Below are positions 1 to 8,529 of a stretch of DNA of 22,721 nt, in pieces. The stretch lies in contig SUPR01000058.1 in assembly GCA_005191425.1 (NCBI GenBank), forward strand, positions 1-22,721, written 5' to 3'. This DNA is from Candidatus Helarchaeota ASGARD archaeon Hel_GB_B. GTDB lineage: Archaea; Asgardarchaeota; Lokiarchaeia; Helarchaeales; HEL-GB-B. Numbering within the stretch: position 1 is the first letter of the stretch; each line of letters starts with the position of its first letter. Below the pieces are notes generated by a model, which worked only from the letters and a program-made list of their open reading frames with translations, did not search any database and was not told the DNA's origin. Made by a program: the position numbers and the translations under genes.

Positions 1-111
1 AACCTTTTAAACCTCTAGTTTTTAATATCCTTTTAATATTCTTAATCCTAATAACAATTCTTATCCGGTTCATCCACTCCCTAAAGGAAGTGGCTTTCTC
101 AGATGGATATG
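1..111 (-). mobile_element. Probable left end (LE) of an IS608-like IS200/IS605-family element or derived MITE; the element continues off the left edge of the window
   Basis: The minus strand reads TTAC|CATATCCATCTGAG-AAAG-CCACTTCC-TTTA-GGGAGTGG. That is a TTAC target (115-112), an AAAG guide (97-94) and an imperfect subterminal hairpin (93-74). This matches the known IS608 LE layout of TTAC cleavage site, AAAG guide at the foot of the hairpin, and a TTTA(G) loop. No transposase is visible in the window. Confidence 0.6.
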
Positions 112-157
112 GTAAAAAATTTATGGTAATTTAATCGAAAATTAATAAAATACAAAT

Positions 158-859
158 TTAATCAAGATAATCAAGAAGTTCTACGATATTATTTAGAATA
201 AATTCTGGTCTTACTTTTATCAGGTCGTCCTTAGAAGCAATACCAGATAAAACCCCTAATGTATGAATATTTGCATTTTTTCCTGATATTATATCATAAG
301 GGTGGTCTCCAATTATTAGGTATTTATCTGGGTTAAAATTATTATAATTCATAATTTTAATTATTCCTTCAGAAGAAGGTTTTGAATGTTCGGTATCTTC
401 TCTCGTAATTACAATTTTGAAAAATTTATTTAGTCCATTTTTTTCCAATAAAATCTTGGTGGATTTTTTTCCGCTACGTGTAAAAACTACCAGTTGATAA
501 CCTAATTTTTTTAATTTTTTTAATAAATCCTTTATACCATCAAATAATGTCGAATTTTTTGCAGCATTTATGTGTGTTTCTTCAATGATATTTAATGCGT
601 GTTCTTTAATTTGTTTGAGTTCGTTTATTGGTCTTTTTTTTGATAAAAGTTCTAAAGCTTCATCAATTTTTAAAAGGATCGGTTTAAATTCTAATTTAAT
701 ATTAAAATTCTCTAAGAAATAATCGCTAATCTTTTTTCTCATTTTTTCCCAATCTGCATCCATTTCTAAAATAGTACCTTCTAAATCAAAAATTATGACT
801 TTTATATTTGACAATACTTTTTTTAAGTTGTCCATTTTGTGTGATTTCTCTATTTCCAT
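158..859 (-). CDS. HAD-superfamily hydrolase, phosphoglycolate phosphatase-like
   Basis: Motif I FDLEGT, motif II FTRS, motif III SKP and motif IV IGDHPYDI are present. It overlaps the upstream ATP-grasp gene by 10 bp; an alternative ATG lies at 835. Confidence 0.9.
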   Translation of the reverse strand: MEIEKSHKMDNLKKVLSNIKVIIFDLEGTILEMDADWEKMRKKISDYFLENFNIKLEFKPILLKIDEALELLSKKRPINELKQIKEHALNIIEETHINAAKNSTLFDGIKDLLKKLKKLGYQLVVFTRSGKKSTKILLEKNGLNKFFKIVITREDTEHSKPSSEGIIKIMNYNNFNPDKYLIIGDHPYDIISGKNANIHTLGVLSGIASKDDLIKVRPEFILNNIVELLDYLD

Positions 860-1926
860 TTCAAATCCTTTTCAAAAATTAAATGATATCCACAATCTAT
901 ATGTCTAATCCAATAAAGTCCTTCAGGTAAAATATTATATTTTTTAATATTTGATGGCAAATATTCACCATAACCTAATTTTATATAAAGGTACTGCAAA
1001 TTTGCTTCTTGAATATTTAATTCCGAACCTGCAAATGCAAAGAATAAATTTGAAGTAAAAAATCTACCAGCATTAATTTCAGTAGGGCATGGTATATTTT
1101 CCTTATCTAGTTTTAAATCAACACAAAATATCCCTGTTGCATGTTTATCTATAGAAATAACTGATTTTGTAGCTATTTCATTTATTTTATTGTCATTAAT
1201 TGTTTTCTGCACAACAGGTGTACCAGTTATCCCGCTTGGTGCAAGATATGGATAAATATATTCTAGCCGCTCTCTTGCCTGAGATGTTATTAATTCTCCA
1301 TCTCTAAAAATACTATGAAACGCTATATTTCTTCCGGGTAAATATTCTTGAGCTATAAATTCCCAATCCATTCCTCTTGAATTCCAGTAGTTTATCCAGG
1401 AAATTGCAGTTTTAAAATTATACACTGGTGTACTCCCTCTACCTCCTGCACCCTTAGTCGCCCTAATCCAGAAAGGAAAGCCAAATTCTTTAATAGCTCT
1501 CTGAATATCATTTTCTAATGATTCTTTTCTCAATTTTATTGTACTATATTTGATTAATCCATTTTTTAACCAAATATTTGCACTTTTCTCTTTATCTTGA
1601 CAGATTTTGACCGTCTCTTTAGCTGGTAAATATGTCCTTGCTTTAACTTTTTCTCTATTTTCTGATAAATATTTGACCTCTATGTCCGGCTGCGCATGGA
1701 CAAATTCTATATCATTTTCCTCAATTATCTCATTAATCAAATCATAATAATTAGGGTCCGTACAACGAGGTACCAAATAATCTTTATCAACGTCCATTAA
1801 TTTCAAATGCCATTTATTAGCATCACTACCTACAAGAAAAAAATTTTCTCCTTTTACTAATCTTAATGCACTAATAAAATTATAAGCAGCTGGACCACCA
1901 GCTCCCAATATCAAAATCTTCTTCAT
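850..1926 (-). CDS. ATP-grasp carboxylate-amine ligase (carbamoyl-phosphate synthase-like family)
   Basis: N-terminal Rossmann-like ILILGAGG, Gly-rich loop KGAGGRGS, FIAQEYLPG, and metal-binding EINAGRF (ExN). Confidence 0.85.
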   Translation of the reverse strand: MKKILILGAGGPAAYNFISALRLVKGENFFLVGSDANKWHLKLMDVDKDYLVPRCTDPNYYDLINEIIEENDIEFVHAQPDIEVKYLSENREKVKARTYLPAKETVKICQDKEKSANIWLKNGLIKYSTIKLRKESLENDIQRAIKEFGFPFWIRATKGAGGRGSTPVYNFKTAISWINYWNSRGMDWEFIAQEYLPGRNIAFHSIFRDGELITSQARERLEYIYPYLAPSGITGTPVVQKTINDNKINEIATKSVISIDKHATGIFCVDLKLDKENIPCPTEINAGRFFTSNLFFAFAGSELNIQEANLQYLYIKLGYGEYLPSNIKKYNILPEGLYWIRHIDCGYHLIFEKDLKWK

Positions 1927-2098
1927 TTATAATGACCACATCTAAATCTCAGAAGTAATAAATAAATGTTTATTTTAAATCCATTATAAATTAAATATTT
2001 TAACTAATAAACATTTAAAGTAATTTAAAATACTTTTTATTCAAATTATTTTTGTAATAATTTAATGGTCGATTAAAATTAGAAAATTAAAAATTTGG

Positions 2099-3166
2099 AT
2101 GGACAGTTGCACAACTAAGCAAAGTAGAATAGCATGTAGTTTAACAACGGAATTTAACAAACTTAATTGGGACTATTTCATTACAGCTCGTGATATAGAT
2201 TACAATTATAGTTTTTTAAAAGAAGTTTTTAAAATCAATTTTTATCCAGTAGGAAAATTGGGTTATACCTTAGAGGAAAAACTTTTAAATTACGCTATTA
2301 GAGTAAAAGAGTTAACAGAAATAATTATTGATAAAGAGGGTAAACCAGATGTCTTAATATCTCAAGCTTCACCTGGTGGAGTCCGCGTTGCTTTTGGTCT
2401 AAAAATTCCAATTATAACCTTTGATAATTCACCACACGCAATACCTGTTTGGCGTTTGACATTTCCTCTAACAACATATGCAATTCTACCAACTTCTATT
2501 CCTAAAGATAAAGCATTAAAATGGGGCGTACTCCCTGAAAATTTGTATACATATGATGGAGTAGACGAATTAGCTTGGACAAAAAACGCCAAATTTGACC
2601 CAAATATCCTATCTGAACTTGGACTAACTTTGGATGACCGTTTTGCTGTATTCAGACCTGATGAAGCACATTCTTCATATTTTATGGACAATCCCGATTT
2701 AAATCCTAATCTTCCTATAAATGCTCTCATCGTTAAAAAGATAGTTGAAGAATTTCCTGAGATAAAAATAGTAGTTTTTCCGCGATATAAAGAGCAAGCT
2801 AAATATTTTCTTGACCAATGGGGCCCAGAAAAAATAATAATTCCAACAAAAGCTGTAGATTCTATAAGTCTTATGAAATTTGCAGATGTTGTTGTAAGTG
2901 GTGGTGCTACAATGACCCGGGAATCAGCATTAATAGGCACTCCCGCTGTAAATTGCGTCCAACTGGATTTGCTTGACCCTGATAGATATCTACAAGAACA
3001 TAATTTACCTCTATTTTATGAACGAAATATACCCAAAGCCGCTGAATTGACTAAAAAAATCTTAAAAAATGTAGACAATTATCGCTTAAAAGATACTTCT
3101 AACATTCTTGAAAAAATGGAAAGTGCAAATGATGTGATTCTAAAGATTCTTAAAGAAAAATTCTGA
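2099..3166 (+). CDS. DUF354 family protein (GT-B-like fold); the true start is probably upstream of 2099
   Basis: In-frame upstream KIWMD, ITARD, PIITFDNSPHA, YDGVDELAW, FRPDEAHSSY and VVSGGATMTRESALIGTPAV all resemble DUF354 motifs. Confidence 0.8.
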   Translation: MDSCTTKQSRIACSLTTEFNKLNWDYFITARDIDYNYSFLKEVFKINFYPVGKLGYTLEEKLLNYAIRVKELTEIIIDKEGKPDVLISQASPGGVRVAFGLKIPIITFDNSPHAIPVWRLTFPLTTYAILPTSIPKDKALKWGVLPENLYTYDGVDELAWTKNAKFDPNILSELGLTLDDRFAVFRPDEAHSSYFMDNPDLNPNLPINALIVKKIVEEFPEIKIVVFPRYKEQAKYFLDQWGPEKIIIPTKAVDSISLMKFADVVVSGGATMTRESALIGTPAVNCVQLDLLDPDRYLQEHNLPLFYERNIPKAAELTKKILKNVDNYRLKDTSNILEKMESANDVILKILKEKF

Positions 3167-3177
3167 AATTTGGAGTA

Positions 3178-3185
3178 TTTTTTTT
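3178..3185 (+). terminator. Oligo-T tract, candidate archaeal-type terminator of the DUF354 gene
   Basis: T8 run starting 12 nt after the stop at 3166. Confidence 0.35.
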
Positions 3186-3234
3186 CAATATTTTTTATTC
3201 TAATATTAAATAAATTAATAAACATAAAATTAAA

Positions 3235-3402
3235 CTATATCTTTGCCTTCTTACACTCTTCAAAAAAGTCGCACATAACACACTCAAATCTAGATGTTTT
3301 AAAAGTTTTACCATCTTGAAAACAAGCTGGGACGCTTTTTACTGTAATTGGTTCCGGGCGTTTTAAATTATCTATATTTTGTTCTATCCTATCTGAAACC
3401 AT
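3235..3402 (-). CDS. Small 55-aa four-cysteine protein, putative metal or Fe-S binding; absent from the ORF track
   Basis: Translated by hand as MVSDRIEQNIDNLKRPEPITVKSVPACFQDGKTFKTSRFECVMCDFFEECKKAKI*. It has an ATG start preceded by GTGATTTT (RBS-like), a C-x13-C-x2-C-x5-C pattern, and sits in a GC-richer patch of an AT-rich spacer. Confidence 0.75.
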   Translation of the reverse strand: MVSDRIEQNIDNLKRPEPITVKSVPACFQDGKTFKTSRFECVMCDFFEECKKAKI

Positions 3403-3494
3403 AAAATCACAAAACTTAATTTATTCTCTAAATTACTTTTAATTACAATTCCATTTAAACGTTTTGTTGATTTCTTTAAATTTTTTTAAAAAAT

Positions 3495-3509
3495 TGTGAT
3501 TCTCACAAG
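3495..3509. promoter_or_regulatory. Inverted repeat TTGTGA-TTC-TCACAA, possible operator upstream of the small Cys protein
   Basis: Perfect 6-bp arms with a 3-nt spacer, about 90 bp upstream of the 3402 start. Confidence 0.3.
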
Positions 3510-3687
3510 GGCTATTGATTTATAATCATAAAATATTTTAAGATGTCCATTTTTTAAAATTGGAAATTATCTCTATAATATGTATTTTTTAAAATAATTT
3601 TGGTTATCTTCTGTAATAAAGAGAAATGATAAATTTACTAGATCTAAAACAATAAAAAAAGGTAAGAATTAATGTATTAGAAGATTT

Positions 3688-6063
3688 CTATGTAAAATAT
3701 CTCCAATAAATGTATATACCTGCTATAACGATTATTACAATCACTATAATTAATATAATAGTTGTCCAATCAAAAAAGTATCCCGCGCTAACTGAAACTT
3801 CCATTGAAAATGATCCAGAACCTGAATAAGCACTTAAAATGATATAATGAACTCCTGATGTTTCGGCTCTATATGCTGTTCGTTCAGGGTAATAGCTCGA
3901 TGTCGATGAATCGACCGAAGTAAAAGAACTATCTAATATATATATGTCAAAATCAGTCCCTGCATCTCCTGTCAATGATAGGATTAAGACTTGTCCTGCT
4001 AATAAAACTATTCTAAAAATTAGATACCCATTAGAATTTCCAGAATTGGGCAAACTTCCATATACTACTGCATCAGTTGGCAAATTAATTTCGAAAGAAG
4101 TTCCAATACTATTTCCATCTTCACAGGTTTGGTTTTTTACAAGGTTTAAAATAAAAAGCCCTTCTCCTGTATAAGGGTGGACTTTTATTCTATATTCTCC
4201 TGTTTCGGTGGTTGTTACACTTGTTAAATCTGGAAAGCTAGATGAAACCGCAGCTGTTATAAAAATTCCCGAGGGCGAATAAATATATAGATCAAAATCA
4301 GCAGCTGGAACTGGACTTGTCAGATTGAATAATATTGTAGAAACACTTTTTGAAATGTTAATCTTATACCAACTTGACCTATCATTAGCAGGCCCCGGCA
4401 AAATTCCAATAGATTCGCCCCAAGAAATTGATACCGCTGAATTAAACGAATCTCCACCCATAACCGTGTCTACTCCTACTATAAAATATAATGAGATATT
4501 TCGATGAATTATTCTAGTTATACCTGAAAATTTAGTATTCATGATAAAATACAATACAAACATTGACCTGTTTATTATAGTAGGACTTACATTAAAGATA
4601 AATGTCCCTGTTTTATATGAATTTATTGAAATTGAGCCATAATTACAAAAATTATTGGCCGGATTAACTGTGATATTTGGATTATTTGATTGTAATGACC
4701 CATTCACACATGATGCAAGAACTTCACCAGTATTCTTTAATGTAACTGAGAGTTTTAATGTTTTACCTTGCTTTATTGTTTCATTTGTGTAATAATTTGA
4801 TATGTCCACTGATACTTTTGGTACTGTATAATAGTAATTTAAAAAATTGTCCCAATTGGTCGATGTAGAAATTAATTGAGACCCATAAGATGACCTATAA
4901 TCTGAGCTGGTTTTTGGAAAATAAATACTAATCCCTTTAGCTCTACTTGTCCCTGTAGCTGCATAATTTATTACTACCTTATTTATTACAGTCTTTAAAG
5001 CACTAGCATTTGAGCTTATATAAGATAAACCCATTGGTGTAAGAAAATCACAAAAATCATATAAATCAATAAAAGATGGATAATAAAATTCTTGAGTCTG
5101 TTCTCTTGCAGATTGGACTTGTGAACTTTGTCCTAACAGGTTATTATAAAGACTATCTGCAAAATGACTAAAAGTCGTAGTTAGGTCATTATATGAAGTA
5201 CTGGACAAATTTACAGCGGACAGTGTGCAACCACTATAACTATTATAATAAGTCTCATAATCATCGACCATCATACTTGAAATTTGGTATGTAGTGTGTG
5301 TATCTCCATACAGGCACAAATCACCAATAATAGTTTTATATGGATATCCTGGAGCATAAATTGTCTCTTCTGAGGAAACAAGGACATCACATAAACCCTG
5401 AAGATAATACATTACTTCTAACATACCCATTAAGCAAGCGTCCATTGAAATGATATCTATTTTATCTTCACCCGCATCTGCGAGGGCTCCAGAAATTGCA
5501 TCTCTTACCTCAGATAATGATAGACCATCTTGTCCTGAATGATCATCGAAACTAATTCCAAACCACCCGCCACCATGATCCCATAGGTCTAAAACATATT
5601 TTTCAGCAGGATAATTTTGAAATACCCATTTTAAAAAAGTCCTCAGTGTTGTCCCATCACCCATGTTTGGTTCGCTCGGAATTCCTGTTGGATGGACTAT
5701 TGGAGAGGTTATTGCGGACGAAGTATCATGTTGAATTCTATAGGTCGTTGCACCTGAATGATATCGGTCAATTATAGTTATTATTGAAATATTTGCTGAA
5801 TTGTCCATTCCCGTTTCTATTTCATTAATATCATCTACCCCATACTCGTCAAGATTATTGTCAGCACAAAAATATCCAATATATGTCCACTTATATTTTG
5901 TAGCACTTTTATGTAATGTTTCTCCCGAATTAGAGTGTTGGATTGAAGAATTATATTGAATAAGATTCATTAGACTAGGAGCTACAAGCTGTAAAAATAA
6001 GACATTTACTATTAAAATTGAAAGGAATAGATTTCTTTTGTTCAATTCTTTTTGCCTCCCCAT
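3688..6063 (-). CDS. Membrane-anchored clostripain-family (C11) cysteine peptidase with an Ig/CARDB-like domain and two PPC-like domains
   Basis: N-terminal hydrophobic signal; WTYIGYFCADNNL; EPNMGD; catalytic His in WDHGGGW and Cys in MDACLMG; SEET; DLYDF; GISIYFP; PPC-like DFDLYIYSPSG and DFDIYILDSS; C-terminal TM helix. Confidence 0.9.
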   Translation of the reverse strand: MGRQKELNKRNLFLSILIVNVLFLQLVAPSLMNLIQYNSSIQHSNSGETLHKSATKYKWTYIGYFCADNNLDEYGVDDINEIETGMDNSANISIITIIDRYHSGATTYRIQHDTSSAITSPIVHPTGIPSEPNMGDGTTLRTFLKWVFQNYPAEKYVLDLWDHGGGWFGISFDDHSGQDGLSLSEVRDAISGALADAGEDKIDIISMDACLMGMLEVMYYLQGLCDVLVSSEETIYAPGYPYKTIIGDLCLYGDTHTTYQISSMMVDDYETYYNSYSGCTLSAVNLSSTSYNDLTTTFSHFADSLYNNLLGQSSQVQSAREQTQEFYYPSFIDLYDFCDFLTPMGLSYISSNASALKTVINKVVINYAATGTSRAKGISIYFPKTSSDYRSSYGSQLISTSTNWDNFLNYYYTVPKVSVDISNYYTNETIKQGKTLKLSVTLKNTGEVLASCVNGSLQSNNPNITVNPANNFCNYGSISINSYKTGTFIFNVSPTIINRSMFVLYFIMNTKFSGITRIIHRNISLYFIVGVDTVMGGDSFNSAVSISWGESIGILPGPANDRSSWYKINISKSVSTILFNLTSPVPAADFDLYIYSPSGIFITAAVSSSFPDLTSVTTTETGEYRIKVHPYTGEGLFILNLVKNQTCEDGNSIGTSFEINLPTDAVVYGSLPNSGNSNGYLIFRIVLLAGQVLILSLTGDAGTDFDIYILDSSFTSVDSSTSSYYPERTAYRAETSGVHYIILSAYSGSGSFSMEVSVSAGYFFDWTTIILIIVIVIIVIAGIYIYWRYFT

Positions 6064-6575
6064 GGATTCTTTATCTCTATAATATCAACTACATAAAGAA
6101 TAGTGAATATTAGTATTACAATGATTCCAAAATATATTGGTGTAAGTGAATATTCCATGTAATAGTTTCTCACCAATATTTTCAGAGGATTATCAGAAGC
6201 ATTAGAATAAGGATAAGTTACTGTTATATTTTCATTAACATATACTTTAATATAATATTCAAGTCCAGCAACTGTTACATTTTTTGCTGGAATAATTGTA
6301 TAATATGTATTTCCGAAACCATGGGTCATATTTGTAATATTATATTGCCAAACACCCGGTTTTCTAATCATTAATTGAGCTATAAAATTTCCAGAATATA
6401 TCACATCACATGATATCAATAAATCATAACCAATATTAGTTGTCTTCACTGGTATGTGTTTGATAATTGGAGTACCTGTTCCGTTTTTTGTTGTCATATA
6501 GCTGATATTAGATATATTTAATAATAAAATTCCCGATACTATGAGGGATATAATTAAATAATATTTTTTCTTCAA
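6042..6575 (-). CDS. Surface glycoprotein with one Ig-like domain, N-terminal signal and C-terminal TM helix
   Basis: TTG start with a GAGGCGA RBS overlapping the upstream TGA stop; PIIKHIP...YYTIIP...LEYYI Ig-like pattern; 8 N-x-S/T sequons; overlaps the protease gene by 22 bp. Confidence 0.75.
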   Translation of the reverse strand: MKKKYYLIISLIVSGILLLNISNISYMTTKNGTGTPIIKHIPVKTTNIGYDLLISCDVIYSGNFIAQLMIRKPGVWQYNITNMTHGFGNTYYTIIPAKNVTVAGLEYYIKVYVNENITVTYPYSNASDNPLKILVRNYYMEYSLTPIYFGIIVILIFTILYVVDIIEIKNPWGGKKN

Positions 6576-6584
6576 AAAATCGCC

Positions 6585-7061
6585 TCATGTATATTTTTTA
6601 AAATTTTTAATTATATATCCACATGCTATTGTTGAAAGAGCAAATATTGTGAATTCAAGTAATGTATTAAAAAATCCAAATAAATTATAACTGAAAATTA
6701 AATGCACTACCATATTTATACTAATTAATCCTGTTAATATTAAACTTATTCCTGCTGCCCATTCTTGTTGTTGATAGATCCCTACAAAACAAATAAATGA
6801 TACACCTGCAAAACTAATAGTTAATATGACCGTTTGAAGAAAAAAACCATATATCGCATTTACTAAATCCGGCGATCCACTTAAAATAGCCGGCAAATTG
6901 CCATAAGGAATTATCCCAAATGCACCTAAAACGGTTGTAGTCGCTTGGAAAAGAAGCAATAATGTATTAATTAAAAATAACAAAGCTGTTATCTTGTTCC
7001 CAAAAAACATCGGTAACTTTTTTTCATAACTTTCTTTTTCTGCCAATTTTATATTCACCAT
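6585..7061 (-). CDS. Hypothetical integral membrane protein (about 4 TM)
   Basis: 158-aa ORF with four hydrophobic segments; first gene of the apparent protease operon. Confidence 0.75.
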   Translation of the reverse strand: MVNIKLAEKESYEKKLPMFFGNKITALLFLINTLLLLFQATTTVLGAFGIIPYGNLPAILSGSPDLVNAIYGFFLQTVILTISFAGVSFICFVGIYQQQEWAAGISLILTGLISINMVVHLIFSYNLFGFFNTLLEFTIFALSTIACGYIIKNFKKYT

Positions 7062-7322
7062 TAATTTTATTGTTATTATTTAATATGTGTAGTAAATAAA
7101 AATTAAATAACTTTTATTTATTAATTTATTTAATTCATTTAAAAAATAATTATTTTAAAATCGATAAATTAAGTAGAATATTCTTTTATTATTATCCACA
7201 CCGTTTTTTTCTAATTTTAGTTAAAAAAATTTTACAATGACTACCTACAAAAATTTGAGATTAAAGAGAAAAAATTATGATAAAAAATATAGATAAAAAG
7301 AAGAAATTGGACAAATATAAAA

Positions 7323-8339
7323 TTATTTAACAACTTCAACCCAATTATATGAGTCATCAATTTCCATTCTTTGAATTCCTACTAATAGATCATATAATTT
7401 TTGTGTTACTGGGCCTACCTTAAAATCATTAAAAATGTATTCTTTTTCTTCAAAAGTAATAGACCCAATTGGTGTGATTACTGCAGCTGTGCCTGTACAA
7501 AATGCTTCTGATGATTTAAAGGTTTCCTCATACGGTATATCTTTTTCTTCGACTGTCATTCCTAATTTATCTTTTGCTAATTGTATCACTGATTTTCTTG
7601 TAATACCTGGCAAAATTGACCCGGTCAATCGAGGAGTTAATAAAACACCGTCTACAACACAGAAAAAGTTTGCAGTACCTACTTCCTCGATATATTTTTC
7701 ATTTTTCGCATCTAAATAGACTTCTTGAGCAAAACCTTTAGACTTCGTCAATTTTCCAGGTACTAGTGACCCCGCATAATTTCCGATAGCTTTAGCTGCG
7801 CCTGTTCCTTTTGGAGCTGCCCTGTGATAATTTTTAATAATTTCTAATTTAATAGGATTAAACCCTTCCTTGTAATATGGACCCACTGGGACCACAAATA
7901 CGATAAATGTATATTCTGGTGAAGGTGCTACGCCTAAAATTGCTCCAGAACCAAAAAGAATTGGTCTAATGTATAATGAACCTTTTTTATAAGGCGGTAT
8001 ATAATCTTTATTTGCTAAAACCGTGGCTTTTACCGCTTCAACAAATTTTTCTGGATCATAAGGTGGAATTGCCAATCGTTCTGCCGACTCCTTCATTCTT
8101 TTCCCGTTCTCAAGGGGCCTAAATAACACTATTTTTCCGTCCTTCGTCCGTTGCGCCTTCATCCCTTCAAATACGCCTTGACCATAATTCAGTACACACG
8201 CAGCAGGAGATAATTCTATATTACCAAATGGCACTACCTTTCCTTCATCATAATTACCAGATGCATCAGCTTTTGATATGAACATTTTGTCAGTAGGAAT
8301 AAAATCAAATCCAAGTTCATCCCAATTTATATCGACCAT
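7323..8339 (-). CDS. ilvE: Branched-chain amino acid aminotransferase (PLP fold type IV, ilvE type II)
   Basis: LNYGQGVFEGMKA, LYIRP, GTGAAKAIGNY (PLP lysine), EEVGTANFF, ILPGITRKS and FCTGTAAVITP. Confidence 0.95.
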   Translation of the reverse strand: MVDINWDELGFDFIPTDKMFISKADASGNYDEGKVVPFGNIELSPAACVLNYGQGVFEGMKAQRTKDGKIVLFRPLENGKRMKESAERLAIPPYDPEKFVEAVKATVLANKDYIPPYKKGSLYIRPILFGSGAILGVAPSPEYTFIVFVVPVGPYYKEGFNPIKLEIIKNYHRAAPKGTGAAKAIGNYAGSLVPGKLTKSKGFAQEVYLDAKNEKYIEEVGTANFFCVVDGVLLTPRLTGSILPGITRKSVIQLAKDKLGMTVEEKDIPYEETFKSSEAFCTGTAAVITPIGSITFEEKEYIFNDFKVGPVTQKLYDLLVGIQRMEIDDSYNWVEVVK

Positions 8340-8456
8340 TTTACTTCACATTTTCGTTTTAATTGATACTGGCTTTTATTCTTTATCTTATTAAGTGTTT
8401 TTTTAATTATGAAAAATTCTTAAATTAATGTCATATTTGGACATCTTCAAATTAAT

Positions 8457-8490
8457 ATCTTTCTTATAAATCAATCTTTCTTATAAATCA
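8457..8490. repeat. Perfect 17-bp tandem duplication (ATCTTTCTTATAAATCA x2)
   Basis: Read directly: 8457-8473 equals 8474-8490. It lies between the 8530-8961 gene and ilvE. Confidence 0.9.
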
Positions 8491-8529
8491 AATAATTTTT
8501 AAAAATTAATAATAATTCAATTAAATTCT

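Noticed and set aside
850-1926. carB or pylC assignment for the ATP-grasp gene
   Set aside because: It has a single ATP-grasp domain, far too short for CarB, and no carA or pyl genes are nearby.
2362-2940. 192-aa minus-strand ORF
   Set aside because: It is fully antisense to the DUF354 gene and has no recognisable motifs, so it is a shadow ORF.
3944-4507. Two short plus-strand ORFs (3944-4174, 4325-4507)
   Set aside because: Both are antisense to the clostripain gene and are shadow frames.
7192-7200. Perfect bacterial DnaA box TTATCCACA
   Set aside because: It is a single copy with no box cluster and no dnaA or cdc6 nearby, and the host looks archaeal; likely chance.
7435-7719. 94-aa plus-strand ORF
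   Set aside because: Antisense to ilvE.
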